A DNA stretch of 61,235 nucleotides, filler included, from Stramenopiles sp. TOSAG23-3 (taxonomy: Eukaryota): NCBI GenBank assembly GCA_900128585.1. It is 6 parts of 6 records of this genome, joined end to end, with 100 filler letters (N's around TTAATTAATTAA, not from the genome) between each part and the next. Parts side by side here need not be neighbours in the genome. Positions count along the whole stretch, not along the records: positions 36,921 to 55,242 come from LT642430.1; 5 more parts are not named here. One strand, written 5' to 3'. Under the pieces are notes generated by a model, which worked only from the letters and a program-made list of their open reading frames with translations, had not been told where the DNA came from and made no database searches. Position 1 is the first letter of the stretch; every line of letters begins with the position of its first letter. Below are positions 44,447-55,342 of this stretch, one piece after another. The translations under genes were made by a program, and so were the position numbers.

Positions 44447-45247
44447 ATGTTGCGCCGGATTTCCAGAGCGGTGGCGTTCCTTGCCGTCGGAGGGGTTGGG
44501 ATTGTTGCTGCAGAGTTAGCAATTTTGAAGAAGAATACCCCGCGCCTGCCCCGGGCGCCTGGGCCGGTTAGGGGGAAGATCAATGGCAAGGGAAAGCCGT
44601 TAAATGTTTTGATTTTTGGGGATTCTGTTGCGTGCGGGGTGGGTTGCGAGTCGAATGAGCAAGCGCTTTCGGGTGCGGTGGCCGAAACCTTGCGCGAGAA
44701 AACAAAGAGGCCGGTGGTATGGACGGTGTTGGCAGAAAGTGGGTACACGGCTGGGGATATGAAAGAGAAACTCCTGCCAAAATTAAGGAGGCGGTCGAAA
44801 GAGCAATTTGACGTGGTGATCATATCGGTAGGGGTCAATGCTGTCTTGTCGGGGCATAGCCCGACCCAGTACAAAGACGAGCTCACCTCGATGCTATGTG
44901 AACTTCGGGAAATTGTTGGTTACAGAACGTCGATCGTTTGTATGGGCATGCCGCCGATGGCGTCCTTTCCACAAATATCTTACCTCAAGCCACTAAATGC
45001 CATTGTTGGGCTGTATGCTGGCTGGATCAACCAAGCAAGCCATGCCGCGTGCAAAATTACGAATACGGCGGTATGTATGGACATTTTGATACCAGGCGAT
45101 GGGGAAAGCAACCCCGAAAAATACATGGCCCCGGATGGCTTTCATCCGAATTTTCTTGCCTGTAAATTTATATGCGAAGAGAACAAGATGGTAGGCGTTG
45201 CGTTGGAAGAATTGCAAAGACGGCGCGAGAAGCACCATCGTTGTTAG
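44447..45247 (+). CDS. SGNH/GDSL hydrolase (lipase/acylesterase)
   Basis: FGDSVACGVG block I, SG block II, GVN block III, DGFHP block V; N-terminal hydrophobic segment. Confidence 0.92.
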   Translation: MLRRISRAVAFLAVGGVGIVAAELAILKKNTPRLPRAPGPVRGKINGKGKPLNVLIFGDSVACGVGCESNEQALSGAVAETLREKTKRPVVWTVLAESGYTAGDMKEKLLPKLRRRSKEQFDVVIISVGVNAVLSGHSPTQYKDELTSMLCELREIVGYRTSIVCMGMPPMASFPQISYLKPLNAIVGLYAGWINQASHAACKITNTAVCMDILIPGDGESNPEKYMAPDGFHPNFLACKFICEENKMVGVALEELQRRREKHHRC

Positions 45248-45292
45248 CTTCATTTACGCATTTTATAAAATCTATTTTAAATGTCTAAAAAT

Positions 45293-48200
45293 CTAATTTA
45301 CTTTTATTGAGCCGACTATTTCCGCGTCCGCTGCGGAAGTACCAACGAAAACATTGTGAACGCTGCCCCTGGAGACGCTCCATTTGTCGGCGTCCGCATC
45401 AAAGAATTCAACGGCCCTGCGAACATTGACATCGATTGCTACGGAGCGCTCTTCCCCTGGCCCTAGCCAAACTTTCAAAAATCCCTGCAACTGTTTGGCA
45501 GGAAATCTATCTTTCTCCCCAACGTACACTTGCAGTACCTCCGCGCCGCGAAAGTTACCCGTGTTCTTCACAAGCACGGTGCACGTGCCATTGGCATCGT
45601 CGTGCTCAAAGTTCGCCTTTCTGGTTTCAAACGTAGTATAAGAAAGTCCATGCCCAAAGGGGAACAACACCTTGCTCTGGTGTTCTGGCTTGTCGTAGTA
45701 CCGGTACCCGACGTCCAGGCCTTCCTCAAACGAGCATACCATTTCGTTGTTTCCGGGAAAGCGGGTGTAGTCGCCCTCTGTCGTGTACGTGGGGTTTTCT
45801 TCGAACCGTGTGGGGACCGTGAACGGCAACTTCCCCGACGGACTAACCACTTTTCCTAGAAGAATTTCTGCCAACGCCCCTGTCCCCTGCTGTCCACCAT
45901 ACCACGTTTGCATCACCCCGTCCACCTTTTCCAGCCACCCTGCCATCCCAACCGGCGAGCCAGCGTTCAGGCACACGATTGATTTACGGTTCTCTTCCCT
46001 GGACGCAAGCGCAACCGCGTTCAAAAGGTCCACTTGGCCTTTGCCCAACTCCATGCTCAACACGTCGATCATCTCCGTCTCCTCGGTCGCCTTCCTGCCG
46101 AGCACGGCTACGTTGTAGTCGGACTCGGCCGCGGCCACTTTCACGCGTTCCAGAACGGTGTCCGCCATGGTTTCGCTGCAGTACTTTAGCTCAAACGCAA
46201 AGGGGCACGCCTCGTTGACGCCCTGGTACTGGGACTCAAAACCGTAGGAAAACTTCTCCGACACAAAGCCTTCGTGGGCGGCCCACTCGATCACAACGTC
46301 ATGGTCGACGGCGTTTTCCAGCTGCACTGTAACTTGTCGAGGTTTGCAGCCGAATGATACTATGTTCCAGCCGACCGTGTCGGCGTCCAAGAAATCGTCG
46401 CTGATTTCCAGAACCACGTTTCCATCGACCGACAGCCTCGATGGCCCGGACGTGGAGAGTGAAAAGGTGTGGTTCGCCACCTTCTTCGGCCCTTTCTGGG
46501 CCTTCAGGACGGTCGATACCTTTACCCCTGCCTTGTTCCATTTTGCGACCGGAAACACGACGCTGGACATGAACGACCAGGTGATCAGGCTCAGCGAAGT
46601 GCAAAACATTACACCCTTCTCCAGCGTGATGTACCCAAGGCAGCCGTTGTGGTGGCCCATCTCCGCCGCAGAGGCAAACACTTCTACCAAGAACGGGTCA
46701 AACTTTACCTCCTCGTCCGTCGACGACGCCAGCTCCAAGCCGATGTGCTTGCCCGCTTCAACTCGGACTTCGGCTTGGCAGTTGTGCTTCTTCAGCTCGT
46801 CGCGAAACGCGTCGAGCAGCGCGCAAGGCGTTGGGGGAAGGGTTTCTACGCTCCCCCCCCCCGTCACCGTGTAGTTTGCAGCGTTCGGCCCGTAAAGGGT
46901 CACGATGGTCTTCCCCTCCCCCGGGCCCACGCACTGGATGGGCAAGGCCCCATTCGTATTTTTCAGCAGGACAATGCTGTCTCTGGCCGCGCGGTACATC
47001 GTGTCTAGCTCCTCCTTCGAGGTCATCGCTGGGGCTTCCGCTTCGTGGCTCAGGCTTACGCCCGGGCCAATGCCCCGTAGCTTCTCCGTCAGCCTTACCA
47101 GGCGCAGCACGTGGGTGTCAATGTCCCCCTCGCCAACGACCCCGTCTTTCACGGCCTTGACAAGTTTCTTCCCCCGGATGTAGGGTGGTCCTGGCATCTC
47201 CAAGTCCAGTAAGTTTGCTTTCGCCGATTCGGCCGTGTCGTGCGTTCCGTACCAATCGCTCATGACCACGCCGTCAAAGCCCCACGACCGCCTCAGCACG
47301 TCGTCCAAAAGGTACTTGTTGCTGCACGCGTACGAACCGTTCACTTTGTTGTACCCGGTCATGATGCAGCCGACCTTCCCCTCTTTGACCACCATTTCAA
47401 AGTGCCGAAGGTACAGCTCATGAAGGGGGCGCTTGTCGACGTGGCAGTCCATGGTCATGCGGAAACGTTCGAACTCGTTGCACGCGTAGTGCTTCGCGCA
47501 GGCGGCGATGCCGGGGACCGACTGCGCGCCCTTGACCCACTCTGTACCAAACCGGCCAGCGAGAAACGGGTCCTCCCCATAAGCCTCGAAGTTTCTCCCT
47601 CCCGTGGGCGTCCTGGTCAGGTTCAAAGTTGGCCCAAGGAGCACGTTCGCCCCTTTCTGTCTCGTATCTTTGGCGATCAGTTTCCCGATTGCAAATGCCA
47701 TGTCTGGGTCAAACGTAGCCGCCAAGCACGTCCCGCACGGTGCGCAGACGGAGAATGTCCCGGGTCCGAGCATGAGAATGTCTGGTATTTGCGTCTGCCC
47801 TACCTCAAGGTACCAGGCCCGGGCGTTGGTGTTCGGGTCTTGAAACTTGCTCTTTCCGGAGATCAAGGGCAAGTCCGAAAACACCCCGAGCTCCAACAAG
47901 GACAGGGGCATGGTGGCCATTCCCCTGGCCCCGGAGGGGCCGTCCGTAAACTTTACAGGGGGCACGCCCAGCCTTGGGCAGCCCCCCATTGCAAACGTCG
48001 ATGACCCCCCCATCATGTACACCTTTTCCTCCAACGTCATCTTCTTCACCGTCTCTTCCGCGGTCAACCGCTCCATCCTGGGGCACGCAAAACACTTGTA
48101 GGCCTTCAGCGCGCAAACGTAGAGCAGCACGAACGGGGACGCTGCGAGCCCCCCGAGGGCAGCAGCGAGCGAGCCCACGTACATGAACAGCCGTTTTCGC

Positions 48201-48316
48201 AGCGAACGGGATGCCGGCGCCTTCCTCGTTCTTCGCGGCGGGTTGAGCGCAAAGCATACCTGAAGCGCCAACTGCACCACGGTCTCGCCCGCCACCGTCC
48301 CCTCACCCGTGCTCAT
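45293..48316 (-). CDS. GH3 beta-glucosidase with N-terminal membrane anchor, PA14-like insert and Fn3-like C-terminus
   Basis: DGPSGARG, GGRNFEAYGEDP, KHY, VMSDW (nucleophile), SPSGKLPFT and FPFGHGLSYTTF motifs. Confidence 0.95.
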   Translation of the reverse strand: MSTGEGTVAGETVVQLALQVCFALNPPRRTRKAPASRSLRKRLFMYVGSLAAALGGLAASPFVLLYVCALKAYKCFACPRMERLTAEETVKKMTLEEKVYMMGGSSTFAMGGCPRLGVPPVKFTDGPSGARGMATMPLSLLELGVFSDLPLISGKSKFQDPNTNARAWYLEVGQTQIPDILMLGPGTFSVCAPCGTCLAATFDPDMAFAIGKLIAKDTRQKGANVLLGPTLNLTRTPTGGRNFEAYGEDPFLAGRFGTEWVKGAQSVPGIAACAKHYACNEFERFRMTMDCHVDKRPLHELYLRHFEMVVKEGKVGCIMTGYNKVNGSYACSNKYLLDDVLRRSWGFDGVVMSDWYGTHDTAESAKANLLDLEMPGPPYIRGKKLVKAVKDGVVGEGDIDTHVLRLVRLTEKLRGIGPGVSLSHEAEAPAMTSKEELDTMYRAARDSIVLLKNTNGALPIQCVGPGEGKTIVTLYGPNAANYTVTGGGSVETLPPTPCALLDAFRDELKKHNCQAEVRVEAGKHIGLELASSTDEEVKFDPFLVEVFASAAEMGHHNGCLGYITLEKGVMFCTSLSLITWSFMSSVVFPVAKWNKAGVKVSTVLKAQKGPKKVANHTFSLSTSGPSRLSVDGNVVLEISDDFLDADTVGWNIVSFGCKPRQVTVQLENAVDHDVVIEWAAHEGFVSEKFSYGFESQYQGVNEACPFAFELKYCSETMADTVLERVKVAAAESDYNVAVLGRKATEETEMIDVLSMELGKGQVDLLNAVALASREENRKSIVCLNAGSPVGMAGWLEKVDGVMQTWYGGQQGTGALAEILLGKVVSPSGKLPFTVPTRFEENPTYTTEGDYTRFPGNNEMVCSFEEGLDVGYRYYDKPEHQSKVLFPFGHGLSYTTFETRKANFEHDDANGTCTVLVKNTGNFRGAEVLQVYVGEKDRFPAKQLQGFLKVWLGPGEERSVAIDVNVRRAVEFFDADADKWSVSRGSVHNVFVGTSAADAEIVGSIKVN

Positions 48317-48520
48317 CGTTCAAGGCAAGGCAGACGCGCGCCTACAATATATATATATAATATACGAATATATATATTGTTTTGCCTCTCAGCAATCGAA
48401 ACAGTCGGGCAATTTTAAAAGAACAGGCGTTCCAACACGAAGAAGAATACACGATGATCAGAATTATTTAAAAGTTTTAAATCAATATCAATGCCAAGCC
48501 CATTCATTTTTTTTATCTTC

Positions 48521-48565
<45 letters not shown>

Positions 48566-49065
48566 TTCTTCTATTCTTTTCTTCCTTTCTTGGTCCTCCT
48601 TGGTTGTTTTGGTGTAATAATAATATGTTGATTTGATAGAGAGTGTTTACTCTGTAGTATAATAAAAACGTAGTTATGTCCTGTTCTTTTTATACTGATT
48701 GAATTGTACTTATATAATTCCTATTAGTTATTGTATACTAAGTGTATAATTATATATCAACAACACAGCACACTCCAATAATAATATTATATCTTCTTCT
48801 TTCTTTTTTGTGCATCTCGTCACTCGTCGTCATGCGTGCGTGTGGGTGCGGTGGGTGTCCTTCCTACTACTTATTCATTATCAATTCATGCATGATGATT
48901 AATTCTGTAGTTTCAACTGTTGTTTTTAAATATATCTTTTACAACAATTTATTTTATTCATTTCGTTTCATATTTGATTTTCTCGAACTGCTTTCACCGG
49001 GTGGATCTTTTTGTTTTGTTTAACCGTTATTTCTCTTTGTTGTTACTACTAGCACACGCGCCGCC

Positions 49066-50193
49066 ATGTCAAGCTTGCTTGCCGTGAACGAAAATAATGC
49101 AGCGGCAGGGTCCGCAGAGCCAGAATTGACGCACGCGTTCAGTCTCGCCGTTGTTGAACGATCCAACGGTGGTTCGGAGAGGGAGTACATTTTGGTGCAC
49201 GAAAAGGCGAATCGGGGGTGGTGGCTCCCTGGTGGGGGCATCGACGAAGGTGAGACTGCCGAAGAGGCTGCTCTCAGGGAGTGCGTCGAGGAAGCCGGGG
49301 CCAAAATTTCAGTGGACGGGATTCTCCGAGTCGAAACAAACCCCAATCGAATGCGTGTGATTTACAGGGCGCATTTAAAAGAACCAGGGAGGCCCCTAAA
49401 ATCCATCCCTGACAAAGAAAGCAAGGGTGCAATTTGGGCGACAGCGAGCCTTGCAGAGGCATTGCAGAGGCGGGAGCTAAACATGGAGGACAACTGGCTT
49501 CGTGGCAAAGAGCCAAAGTGGTGGTTTCGCTACCTGAGCGACGGCCATAGAGTGGCGCCTTTGGGGTTCTTAAACTCTTCAAAAATAGGCACCCCCCCAG
49601 AAAACCCAAAAAGTAAGTGCGGGTCCCTGATGACCAAGCTGATAAGGGTCGTTGTGCTGAACGACAGTGCCTGTCCAACCATGTGCATGTTGACCAAGTT
49701 CGAAAGTGAAGGGAAATGGAAAGTGCCGGGGGGGAGCTTTTCAAGTGAATATGAGCGGCGAGGGTACTTTTCACGTGCTAATGCGTTTGAATCACGGGCG
49801 CGGGAGCTTGTCGGCAAAGATTTTGGACTTGTGGGGATTTTGGGTGTGGATCATTATGTAAAGTGCGGGGCGAACGATACGGACAAGCAAACGGCAATGT
49901 TACGCGTGTGCTACCTAGCCGCCCCAATAAAGAGCGGAGATAGCAAAGGTGTGTTTGAAAATGAGTACCATTGGAGGCTTGTGGATGAAATAGTAAAGGG
50001 AAAAAATGCTAACATTTGCGAAGACAATTTAGCAGGATTTCCAAGAATGGATCTGAGCCTTTACTTGAAGAGGGCCATCGAGGGTGAAGTTCAGCCACTG
50101 TCTATGGTAGCGATGGAGCATGTAAAGCCGCCTATGCTGAGAAAAAGAAGAAAAGAAGGAGATACACTGAAGAGGGCCCAGGTTTATGACTAG
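49066..50193 (+). CDS. Nudix hydrolase, with a possible degenerate second Nudix fold
   Basis: Nudix box GGGIDEGETAEEAALRECVEEAG; later WKVPGG…ARELVG. Confidence 0.88.
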   Translation: MSSLLAVNENNAAAGSAEPELTHAFSLAVVERSNGGSEREYILVHEKANRGWWLPGGGIDEGETAEEAALRECVEEAGAKISVDGILRVETNPNRMRVIYRAHLKEPGRPLKSIPDKESKGAIWATASLAEALQRRELNMEDNWLRGKEPKWWFRYLSDGHRVAPLGFLNSSKIGTPPENPKSKCGSLMTKLIRVVVLNDSACPTMCMLTKFESEGKWKVPGGSFSSEYERRGYFSRANAFESRARELVGKDFGLVGILGVDHYVKCGANDTDKQTAMLRVCYLAAPIKSGDSKGVFENEYHWRLVDEIVKGKNANICEDNLAGFPRMDLSLYLKRAIEGEVQPLSMVAMEHVKPPMLRKRRKEGDTLKRAQVYD

Positions 50194-51132
50194 CTTCTAT
50201 TTCGTAAATTCTTTTAATAATTACTTATACTCCACATCTTTCTTCCAAAAACACTAATCACGCCTTTCTGGGTACGCAATCGGCACCTCGTGGCGTGTTG
50301 GAACATCCTCACCCTTACTGCCCCAGACCTGTTCGCACATTTGAAAAAACAAAATATCAATCTTCCCCCAAATCTCTGATCATCATATTTTTTATTCTCC
50401 AATCATCTCTTTCTTCTTCATAAAAAAAAATATAAAATAATAAATAATAATAAATAAATAATAATATTTAATAAGAAGAGAGAGGAGGAGGAAGGAGGAA
50501 GGAGGAAGGAGGAAGAGATATAATAATAAATAAAAAAATAATAAATAAACAAACAAACAACAACAAATAAAAAAAAGGACAACACACACCACCATTTTAA
50601 ACCAACCACAAATTAATTATTATTATTAATTTAATAATGTCATTGTATTTATATATTATCCCCCAATAATAATATAATACTTATTTATTAGAGTTGGAAT
50701 CTTCTTCTTCTTTTCTTTCTTTCTTTCTTCTCTTCCTTCTTCTCTTAATTTTATTATTTTATTCTTCAGAGGAGTAGTGTAAATTGTAGTTTATATTGAA
50801 TATATAGTAATAGCATAGGTATAAATAATTGCGGTAGACGGAGGACGACGACGACGACTTGCGGACTTGCGGCGTCGTGCCACGGTAGTTAGTGACATAA
50901 GAAAGAACAAACGAGTATGCGAACGTTTTGTGTTTGGCGTGTTGTCGTTGTATTATAGCGACAGGAGGATATACCGAAGGAAGTGTTCATCGTGTGAAAG
51001 GAACGGCACAGAGGCTGCGTATTGTATACCGACTGCTGCGCTGATTTTGTCGTGTAGGGTAGTCTCGTGGCGGAGTGTATATAAACACATAACTAGTTGG
51101 TATTGCCATTTTTGTCGGAGTCGAGAGAGACG

Positions 51133-52938
51133 ATGGAAGATTCACTGTTCAAAAGCCTGAATTCAGGGACTCGGTTCAATAAGAAACGTTTCGGGGACCA
51201 GATACAGCTGTTCTCGAACGGGAAGAAGAAGTCCGCAGTAGCAGCCAGCGTCGGGGGTTCCGGGGATAACAGCACCGGGCCAGCAAGCACGCTTGACTTT
51301 TTTGGGAATAGCGAGCTAAAGCCTGCCCCAGCGTCCAAGCAGAAGAGGAAGAGGAAGCAAGGTTCCGAGGGAAACGCCGAGGGGAGCGACGGGCAGCGGA
51401 AGAAAAGGAAGAAATCCAAAAAGTCGAAGAAGGAAAGCAAGGACGAAGCGCGCGATTCGGGAGACGCCGCCGAACCGACCATGGAACTATTTCGGGACGG
51501 GGGCGTGGCTTGCAGCCATGAGCAGAAAAGCAAGGCGGCGGCCCCGAACGTTGCCAAGCAGCGTGCCGAAGAGATTCGGGCGTTTCGCCGCCGTTTGAGA
51601 ATACACGTGAAGGGGAACGCCGTACCGGACCCCTGCGCCAAGTTCGAGGGGATCCCGTTTGCGCGCGGCGCCGAGCACGTGAGGCACATTGTGCTGCAGA
51701 ACGTAGAACTGTCCAAGTACAAGGAGCCGACGCCGATCCAGATGCAGGCGATCCCAGCGATGATGCACGGGCGGGACGTTCTCGCTGTCGCCCCGACGGG
51801 TTCGGGAAAGACGGCGTCCTTCCTGCTCCCGATCATCGGCCACACGCTGAAGGCCCCCAAAAGCGTCGGCATCCGCGCCTTGATACTTACCCCCACCCGG
51901 GAGCTGGCGGTCCAGATCCTTCGGGATTTTCACCGGCTCAGCATCGGGAAGAAGTTCCGAGCGACGGTCCTTTCAAAGGCCAACACCGGCCAGGGCACGT
52001 TCGGCGCGAATGGCTCGCAGCGGTTCGACCTGGTGATCGCGACGCCTTTGCGCTTGGTGACAATGCTACGGGAAGAGCAAATCTCCTTGGGAGCGCTGAA
52101 GTGTCTGGTGATGGACGAGGCCGACAAACTCTTCGAGGAGGGATTTTTGCAGCAAATAGACGAAATCATAGCCGCGTGCAACGGTCCCGACGTTCAGCGT
52201 GGAATGTTTAGCGCGACCATGCCGGAGGGCATCGAAGAGATGGTCCAGTCAATCCTCCGGGACCCGGTCCGCGTCCAAATCGGGCAGCGCGGCGCCGCCA
52301 CGGAGATGGTCGACCAGAAGCTGCTCTTCGTCGGGCGGGAGGAGGGGAAGCTGCTGGCCATGCGGCAGATCATTCAGGAGGGCCTGTCGCCGCCGACCAT
52401 GGTGTTCGTGCAGAGCAAGCAGCGGGCGACGGCCCTGTACCGCGAGCTGGTTTACGATGGCATCAACGTCGACGTCGTGCACGCGGACAGGACCAAAGCG
52501 CAGCGGGACGATATCGTGAAACGCTTTCGCATGGGGGAAGTATGGGTGCTGATAGCGACGGACTTGATGGCCCGGGGGATGGACTTCAAAGGCATCAACT
52601 GCGTGATCAACTACGATTTTCCGCAGAGCACGGTCAGCTACGTCCACCGGATCGGGCGCACGGGGCGCGCGGGGCGGAAGGGGAAAGCGATCACCTTCTT
52701 CACCGAGTCGGACATGGAGTACCTTCGGAGCATTGCGAACGTCATGAAAATATCGGGCTGCGACGTCCCGGAGTGGATGTTGACGATGAAGAAGACCAAC
52801 AAGAATCGCAAAAAGTATATGAAAAAGTATGCGCCAAAACGGAGTGGGATAGAGACCCAAACGGGGTACGACAAGCAGCGAATTCACAAGAAGAAGCAGT
52901 TCCGCCAACAGCAGCGCCCGAAGAAAGGGGGGCAGTAG
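51133..52938 (+). CDS. DDX52: DEAD-box RNA helicase DDX52/ROK1
   Basis: PTPIQMQAIP, APTGSGKT, PTRELA, DEAD, SAT and HRIGRTGR motifs; ROK1-specific EEGKLLAMRQ and GCDVPEWM. Confidence 0.93.
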   Translation: MEDSLFKSLNSGTRFNKKRFGDQIQLFSNGKKKSAVAASVGGSGDNSTGPASTLDFFGNSELKPAPASKQKRKRKQGSEGNAEGSDGQRKKRKKSKKSKKESKDEARDSGDAAEPTMELFRDGGVACSHEQKSKAAAPNVAKQRAEEIRAFRRRLRIHVKGNAVPDPCAKFEGIPFARGAEHVRHIVLQNVELSKYKEPTPIQMQAIPAMMHGRDVLAVAPTGSGKTASFLLPIIGHTLKAPKSVGIRALILTPTRELAVQILRDFHRLSIGKKFRATVLSKANTGQGTFGANGSQRFDLVIATPLRLVTMLREEQISLGALKCLVMDEADKLFEEGFLQQIDEIIAACNGPDVQRGMFSATMPEGIEEMVQSILRDPVRVQIGQRGAATEMVDQKLLFVGREEGKLLAMRQIIQEGLSPPTMVFVQSKQRATALYRELVYDGINVDVVHADRTKAQRDDIVKRFRMGEVWVLIATDLMARGMDFKGINCVINYDFPQSTVSYVHRIGRTGRAGRKGKAITFFTESDMEYLRSIANVMKISGCDVPEWMLTMKKTNKNRKKYMKKYAPKRSGIETQTGYDKQRIHKKKQFRQQQRPKKGGQ

Positions 52939-53338
52939 GGAGAGGCGCTCTCAACAAATAAAATTAGTGTTGTGTGCTTTATTTCATATGTACGAAAATG
53001 TAAAGTTTAGAGTTTTATGGTTACATAAGAAACGGGGGCATCATACCATACCGAACCAACGATACACATCGTAGTGTTCTTACGCCAAGATTAACATTTT
53101 ATGAAAAATCAATTTTGACATTTTCGCCGCTTGTATGGTGCATAGGATAATTGTTTGAACACCAAGAACGTGCCCGCCGCAAGGGGTAAGTTCACTCTGG
53201 GCGCATGTTCAAGAGTTCGTAAAGCGTTGCTCTCTGTACCGACCGTCGCTTTGTAGGAAGCGTAAGATTCTTACATGTATGTACGCGTAGCTGAACGATT
53301 AAAATCTACCATTATGGTGACAGGGCTAGCCCCTGGAG

Positions 53339-54514
53339 TTACTTTATAAAAATTCGCACGTCGTCTACGCCCCAGGTCGCTTTCGTATTTGTACACATAC
53401 CCTCGACGCACTCGAAACTATTCTTGTCGCAATCGGATTTTCCCGTGCACTTTTGGCCCGTGGTGAGGAGGCCGCCAAACTCTAACGTAACGGCCCCTTT
53501 CCCCTCCGTGCGAAAAATAACATCTACCGGTTGACTTAAACTGTCGCTAAAATTGGGGTCCCCGCACGTGTCCAAGGCCCCGTTGTCGATGATGGAGCTT
53601 GGCTCGCATTTCTTCTGCGGGAACTCAGTGCACCACCGGTGGCTCTTGCTCCATTTGACCCCGCCGTTGGTCTTCATGTAAACGGCCTCGCCCTCCCACA
53701 TGTCGAGGAAGTGGACGCGCGCCGTCACACGGATGAACTCGTGGAATGGCAGCTGGAAGGTCTTCATGACGCGCACGTTGGAGAACGCGCCGAGGAAATA
53801 GTCGGAGTTTCCGTGGGGGTGTTTCGCACAGGTCGTGACTTGGTCGCTAACACTAACATTTTCCGAGGCACTGCGCCAGTCTTGGACGCCGCCCTTGACG
53901 AAGTCCTCCTCGGCAATCATCCGCCACTGGCTCTCGCCCTGCACGGTGACCTTCCCGTGCTCGCTGGAGACGATCTTCCCTGTCGACGTGAGGCGGCCTG
54001 CCGGGGCGGTGACCATCCGGCTGTAGGAGCGGTTGCTCGCCGGGGCGGCGACCTCCGGGAGGGCTTTGGCCGCCGCGAGGGCGGCGTCGGCCGCTCCCTC
54101 GACTTGGAGCAGGCGGCGGGCAAGGTTCTTTGCGCGGCGGAGGCGCTGCGCGTGCCGGGTATTTTCCTCTAAAAGTACCGTGGCGGCGGTGGCGTTCGCC
54201 GGGGCGTCCGGTTTAAGGACGATACTATTGGTTTTCCCTGCGCCGCCACTTTTGCCGAGGATCTTGAAGAGGGACTTCCCCCCCGCCGTCTTCACGTTGA
54301 GGACGTCGGCCTCCGCGGCGTTGTAAACTACTTTGAACGTGTCGTTCGCCTCGGAGCCCGTCTGAAAGATCAGGGAGGCTTTGCCGCTACCATCTGCATC
54401 TACAATCATATTCAAATCCCTGGCCCTCGGAACCTTCGGGGCGACCCTCGTGTCAGCCGCAAAGCAACTCGTCGTCGCAAGCGCAAGCACCAACGCACCA
54501 GCTAGTCTCGACAT
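53339..54514 (-). CDS. Secreted protein with a C-terminal Trp/Cys-rich beta domain
   Basis: Signal peptide from ATG 54514 (MSRLAGALVLALATTSCFA); QWRMIAEEDF, LPFHEFIRVTARVHFLDMWEGE and WGVDDVRIFIK. Confidence 0.8.
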   Translation of the reverse strand: MSRLAGALVLALATTSCFAADTRVAPKVPRARDLNMIVDADGSGKASLIFQTGSEANDTFKVVYNAAEADVLNVKTAGGKSLFKILGKSGGAGKTNSIVLKPDAPANATAATVLLEENTRHAQRLRRAKNLARRLLQVEGAADAALAAAKALPEVAAPASNRSYSRMVTAPAGRLTSTGKIVSSEHGKVTVQGESQWRMIAEEDFVKGGVQDWRSASENVSVSDQVTTCAKHPHGNSDYFLGAFSNVRVMKTFQLPFHEFIRVTARVHFLDMWEGEAVYMKTNGGVKWSKSHRWCTEFPQKKCEPSSIIDNGALDTCGDPNFSDSLSQPVDVIFRTEGKGAVTLEFGGLLTTGQKCTGKSDCDKNSFECVEGMCTNTKATWGVDDVRIFIK

Positions 54515-55185
54515 GGTAAAGTGATGAAGGAGAAGAAGAAGAAACAAAGAAACAAGAAAGCCACAAACCACAAAGGGGCGAAATGGAATCTAATCTCTGT
54601 CGTAAGATATTCGTTCACTTCACTCTTAAACACACATAGAGTTTCTACACTTCGTTTCCTTTACCTTTACCTCTCTCTCACACTCTCCCTCTCTTTTGTT
54701 TCCTATTCTTCCCTTCTTTCAACCGTTTTGATTCTCCTATTCCTTTGTTATTTCAATGTTGATGAAAATTCATTATATTAATACAGATAGGTAAAATATG
54801 TATACACTATAACATAGTAATAAGATACATTTTATAAAACGATATAGGAAATACATTGTATACTATTTAACATTTAATTTATACTTGTATGAATTAATAC
54901 TACAATCCCTCGATCCGAATGCATTATACTGTCTTATAGTTTATATAGCTAATATATGTACTTGTTGTTTCAATATAATAATAAAAGGATATTAAATATA
55001 AGTATTAATATGTAATAAATATCCTATTTGATCTTTTTATTTTATAACCCTATTATTAACTATATTGATAGTTGATACGCCCCCCTTCTTTTAATTTCAT
55101 TTCTTAAAAAAGAGGAGATTGTCACCTTCTTTTTTAAAACCATGCTATCCATATGGTAACAAATTAAAGCTCTTGCTATAATTAT

Positions 55186-55186
<1 letters not shown>

Positions 55187-55240
<54 letters not shown>

Positions 55241-55242
55241 AA
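55187..55242. repeat. (GAAA)n microsatellite
   Basis: Tandem GAAA at a scaffold end. Confidence 0.95.
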
Positions 55243-55342
55243 NNNNNNNNNNNNNNNNNNNNNNNNNNNNNNNNNNNNNNNNNNNNTTAATTAATTAANN
55301 NNNNNNNNNNNNNNNNNNNNNNNNNNNNNNNNNNNNNNNNNN

